Shown piece after piece: positions 60,777 to 64,000 of a DNA stretch of 64,000 bases. Origin of the DNA: Spirochaetia bacterium (GTDB lineage Bacteria > Spirochaetota > Spirochaetia > SZUA-6 > Bin103); assembly GCA_965203905.1 (NCBI GenBank), contig CBDBDQ010000005.1, forward strand, positions 5,088,001-5,152,000. The letters run 5' to 3'. Position 1 is the first letter of the stretch, and each line of letters opens with the position of its first letter. Made by a program: the position numbers and the translations under genes. Below the pieces are notes generated by a model. The model was not told where the DNA came from, ran no database searches, and was given only the letters and a program-made list of their open reading frames with translations.

Positions 60777-61012
60777 TCGACTGGTCAACCTGCCCGGCGG
60801 TGGAGCAAGTCCCCGGCAAGGTCAGCGGCGCCTGGGTGTTCACGAACACAAGGGTGCCTCTCTCACACCTGTTCGCCAACCTGGAGGCCGGCGCAACCAT
60901 CGAGGAGTTCCTCGACTGGTTCGAGGGTGTCGAGGACTGGCAGGTTAGGGCCGTTCTGACGCACCTGGAGTCCAGCCTGTTGAAAGATCTCAAGCGTGAG
61001 ACTCCTGTTTGA
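60773..61012 (+). CDS. DUF433 antitoxin
   Basis: MIDWSTCPAVE..PGKVSGAWVF..TRVP. Confidence 0.85.
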   Translation: MIDWSTCPAVEQVPGKVSGAWVFTNTRVPLSHLFANLEAGATIEEFLDWFEGVEDWQVRAVLTHLESSLLKDLKRETPV

Positions 61013-61316
61013 CAACGGCACACCGGCGCCTCTTCGGCGTCATCTTGGGGATCACACGATTCATACGGCGGCACAGCTCGGGTGGGCCACCTTGTCCAAC
61101 GGTGAACTGCTGGACAGAGCGGAGACGGCTGGCTACGAAGTCCTGATTACCACCGACCAGAACATGAGGTACCAGCAGAACCTGTCGGACAGAGGCATCG
61201 GCATCGTGGTGCTCATGGATTCGCGGTGGCCCCACGTCCGGCTGCGCACTGCGGACATTCGCGCAGCCATCAACGCAGTGACGCCTGGGGAGACAACGGA
61301 AGTGCCCATTCGGTGA
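60996..61316 (+). CDS. DUF5615-like PIN toxin
   Basis: MRLLFD..TPAPLR, GW..LSNGELL, LITTDQN..YQQN. Confidence 0.82.
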   Translation: MRLLFDNGTPAPLRRHLGDHTIHTAAQLGWATLSNGELLDRAETAGYEVLITTDQNMRYQQNLSDRGIGIVVLMDSRWPHVRLRTADIRAAINAVTPGETTEVPIR

Positions 61317-61317
61317 T

Positions 61318-62658
61318 GTGAGACACGACGTCGGGCCGCAGGTGCCGCCGTGTTCCGCCGGCCGGGCGCGCGCTGCCTGGCGCTTCATCCCCGGTGTGTG
61401 TATCGTGGTCACCGTGCTGGCTGACAACGAGCGGCCGTTCTTCAGTCGCGTGCGGGTGTGGGATGAAGACCCGGATGTCGCCGCCGAAGGGGTCTATCTC
61501 GAGGTGACGCCATCCGGCGACGTGCTGGGGTTTGGCCACAAGCTGGCCCGGGCGCGCATGCCCGGCGGCGCGGACCACGGCTTCCCGTGGCTGCATCTGC
61601 GCGTACGCAGCCGGGATGGCGGCCGTACCTGGGTTACCGAGGAGACCAAGTGGTGGGAGCCGGAAACCCGGGCAGCCCGAGCCAGCGTCGTGGACGCCGC
61701 AACCGGCGAGATCTTCCTGTTCAATCAAGGCACCTACCCATTGCAGGACGACGCCGGCCAGCCCATGTCCGAGTCGTGGCTGATTCGAAACCATGAACTG
61801 GCCCGCGGGCGCGGGTCGCGCCTGGTCATGGAGCGCAGCCGGGATGGTGGCAGCAACTGGGACACGGTTGATGTGACCGATCAGTTCTTCACCTATCCGG
61901 GGGCCGGGCTGGCGTGGTTCATCGGTGGCGGCATCCAACTCCAACGTGGCCGCCACGCCGGCCGGCTGTTGGTGCCCGCCCGCTACTTCACCGGCAATTG
62001 GCAGGAGGTGGACCCCGAGCGGCACCGGATCCTGTACTACCACCCGGCGCTGGGCCAGGTCTACGACGACGGCGAAGGGCAGATCGCCCAGGTCCTCGAC
62101 AGCGAGGCCCACAATGCCGTGATCTACAGCGACGACCATGGCGAGACCTGGCACTGGGGCGGCAGCTCCCAGGGCTATGTGGGTGAAGCCTGCATCGTGG
62201 AGCTGGCCGATGGCGCCGTCTACCTGAACAACCGCAACCACGACCCGCGCAGCCTCGGGTACCGGTCGTGGTGCATCAGCCGCGACGGCGGCGAGAGCTT
62301 CACCGAGTTTGGCGTCGACCGGACGCTGATCGAAGGACGGTGCCACGCCGCGCTGACGCGTTACTCGGCTGCTGCGCAGCAGGCCGACGGTCCGATTCTG
62401 TTCAGCAACCCGGCCTCGTTCGAAGGCGTCAACCAACTGCATACCCGCGAGATCGGCAGCGCCGCGCGGCGCGACCTCACGGTGCGGGTGAGCTACGACG
62501 AGTGCCGGACCTGGCCGGTCGCACGGCGTATCGACGAGTACGCCAGCTACTCGTCGCTGGTGGTGCTCGACGATGGCACCATCCTGTGTGGTTACGGGCC
62601 CTGGGTGTGTCGCTTCAACCTTGCCTGGCTGGAGGGCCAGGCTGACGGGGACGCATGA
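61318..62658 (+). CDS. Sialidase-like BNR/Asp-box glycoside hydrolase
   Basis: Five Asp boxes (SRDGGRTW, SRDGGSNW, SDDHGETW, SRDGGESF, SYDECRTW); YSSL; start uncertain. Confidence 0.85.
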   Translation: MRHDVGPQVPPCSAGRARAAWRFIPGVCIVVTVLADNERPFFSRVRVWDEDPDVAAEGVYLEVTPSGDVLGFGHKLARARMPGGADHGFPWLHLRVRSRDGGRTWVTEETKWWEPETRAARASVVDAATGEIFLFNQGTYPLQDDAGQPMSESWLIRNHELARGRGSRLVMERSRDGGSNWDTVDVTDQFFTYPGAGLAWFIGGGIQLQRGRHAGRLLVPARYFTGNWQEVDPERHRILYYHPALGQVYDDGEGQIAQVLDSEAHNAVIYSDDHGETWHWGGSSQGYVGEACIVELADGAVYLNNRNHDPRSLGYRSWCISRDGGESFTEFGVDRTLIEGRCHAALTRYSAAAQQADGPILFSNPASFEGVNQLHTREIGSAARRDLTVRVSYDECRTWPVARRIDEYASYSSLVVLDDGTILCGYGPWVCRFNLAWLEGQADGDA

Positions 62659-62664
62659 AGCTGG

Positions 62665-62940
62665 CTACTTGTAGGGGTCGGCCGCGTCGCGCAGCCCGTC
62701 ACCCAGGAAATTGAACGCCAACACCGGCGGCCGATGACACTTCCCTCGGTGGCGCCGGATACAATGGCCGCCATCACGTAGTCCTCCGCGCGGAGCTGCA
62801 GGACCTTCCCCCGCACGATTCGTGCCAGACCGGTCCAACCCTTGATCGACAGGATGACGGTAATCATGAAATAGATGCGAAGTGGAGGCCAGGTGACCGG
62901 GATTGCTGCTGCCAGTGCCATCCACATGGGGATGTCGGGC
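62665..62940 (-). pseudogene. oppC-like fragment with internal deletion
   Basis: IPMWMALAAAIP..WPP...WTGLARIVRGK...EDYVMAA, then FNFLGDGLRDAADPY in another frame. Confidence 0.8.
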
Positions 62941-63104
62941 TGGGATTCCAGGATGACATCCAACGGGTCGAAGACTACCTGAAGAAAATCGGCGGTCCGC
63001 CGGTCGACATCAGCGACCAGACCTCTGATGAGCTGCGGCGGAAGTTCCCCGCCGCATTCGTCGGCGAGGCCGCGCCCGTGGCTGCGGCGCCGGCGCCACA
63101 GCCG

Positions 63105-64000
63105 ATGCTGCAGATGGATTGGTCGAAACGCCGGCCGATGACGCAGAAAGAGCTCGCCGCGCACGTCCCGCAGCGCGTCCAGCGCGCCGGGTATCCGTTC
63201 CGGGAAAGCAAACACCTCCTTGGCGCACCGGATCAATTGAGAGAACGGGCGCAGCACGACGGCTACCTGTTCGTGCACGATGTGGTGAACCACGACTCCA
63301 TTCTTCGCCTCCGCCGGGACGTTACCGACATTCTCCAGGACGCCGGGTGGCTCGACGACGACACCGACCCCATGGACGCCATCTCCACGCTCGATGCGAA
63401 GGTCATGGGCACGCCCGAGTTCAACCCGGTCTACGATGCGATGCAGCGGCTGGAGTCGTTTCACACCATGGCTCACGACAAGGAGTTGCTCCGGATCGCC
63501 GAGAGCCTGCTCGGTGCGCCGGGAATGCCCCAGCCAGGCATTCGTGCGCGCGTGATGTTCGCCAGTGGCATCGTCCATACGACGCCGCCACATCAGGATT
63601 TCATCTTCGTCCAGGGGACACCCGAGGTGTGGACCTGTTGGACTCCGCTCGGGGCGTGCCCCCATTCCATGGGCGGTCTGGCCGTTCTGCGTGGCTCGCA
63701 CAGGCGCGGGGTACTGCCGGTGTTCCAGGTGAATGCGGACGGGGCGCTGAGCATCGAGGGCGACGCCCTGGACGGCGACTGGCACTCGAGCCCATTCGAG
63801 CTGGGCGACGTGCTGTTCTTCCACAGCAAGACGGCCCACCAAGGCCTGCCAAACGTGTCCGGTGATCGCGTCCGCCTCTCCGTCGACTATCGCTATCAGA
63901 AGAAGACCGACCTGATGATGGAGAAGAACCTCCGTGTTCATGGAGGGCGGCTCACCTGGGAGCAGGTATACGCGAGCTGGGAGTCCGATGAGCTCCAGTA
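63105..64000 (+). CDS. PhyH-family dioxygenase (start uncertain, runs off the window)
   Basis: DGYLF, TPPHQDF, WTPLG...MGGLAVLRGSH, GDVLFFHS.TAH.GLPN...RLSVDYRYQ. Confidence 0.85.
   Translation, partial: MLQMDWSKRRPMTQKELAAHVPQRVQRAGYPFRESKHLLGAPDQLRERAQHDGYLFVHDVVNHDSILRLRRDVTDILQDAGWLDDDTDPMDAISTLDAKVMGTPEFNPVYDAMQRLESFHTMAHDKELLRIAESLLGAPGMPQPGIRARVMFASGIVHTTPPHQDFIFVQGTPEVWTCWTPLGACPHSMGGLAVLRGSHRRGVLPVFQVNADGALSIEGDALDGDWHSSPFELGDVLFFHSKTAHQGLPNVSGDRVRLSVDYRYQKKTDLMMEKNLRVHGGRLTWEQVYASWESDELQ

Noticed and set aside
1-64000. CRISPR array or cas genes
   Set aside because: No regularly spaced direct repeats with unique spacers and no cas-like ORFs.

Overview
GC-rich bacterial accessory region. 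Spirochaete-type 'WA(A/T)G.EEE / FAGGEEE' N-termini on the binding proteins suggest a Spirochaetota host, possibly a MAG (inference). It is dominated by five paralogous family-5 (Dpp/Opp) ABC importer loci: substrate-binding protein (SBP) plus permeases, with no ATPase gene anywhere in the window. It also holds a rhamnoside uptake and catabolism operon, about 12 type II toxin-antitoxin modules, IS remnants (DDE, IS3, IS66, IS91), a decayed primase/Xer integrative element, tRNA-Ser(CGA) and several catabolic enzymes. The most notable unannotated signal is that all five SBP paralogs share a homologous 0.5-0.9 kb upstream module. It contains a TTGAC(A) box, a CAGCGCAGTGACCGGTT motif, a variable-length poly-C tract, a strong Shine-Dalgarno (SD) driving a tiny leader ORF (MILKEP...) that overlaps a GC hairpin, and a covarying GAGAGTR...YRCTCTC stem before the SBP start. 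A group II intron whose EBS1 is AGGAGG sits antisense exactly at that SD in two copies. A second, ORF-less group II intron lies right after one SBP gene. The SBPs show near-identical framework blocks alternating with unalignable variable blocks. Several single-base frameshifts may be sequencing errors.
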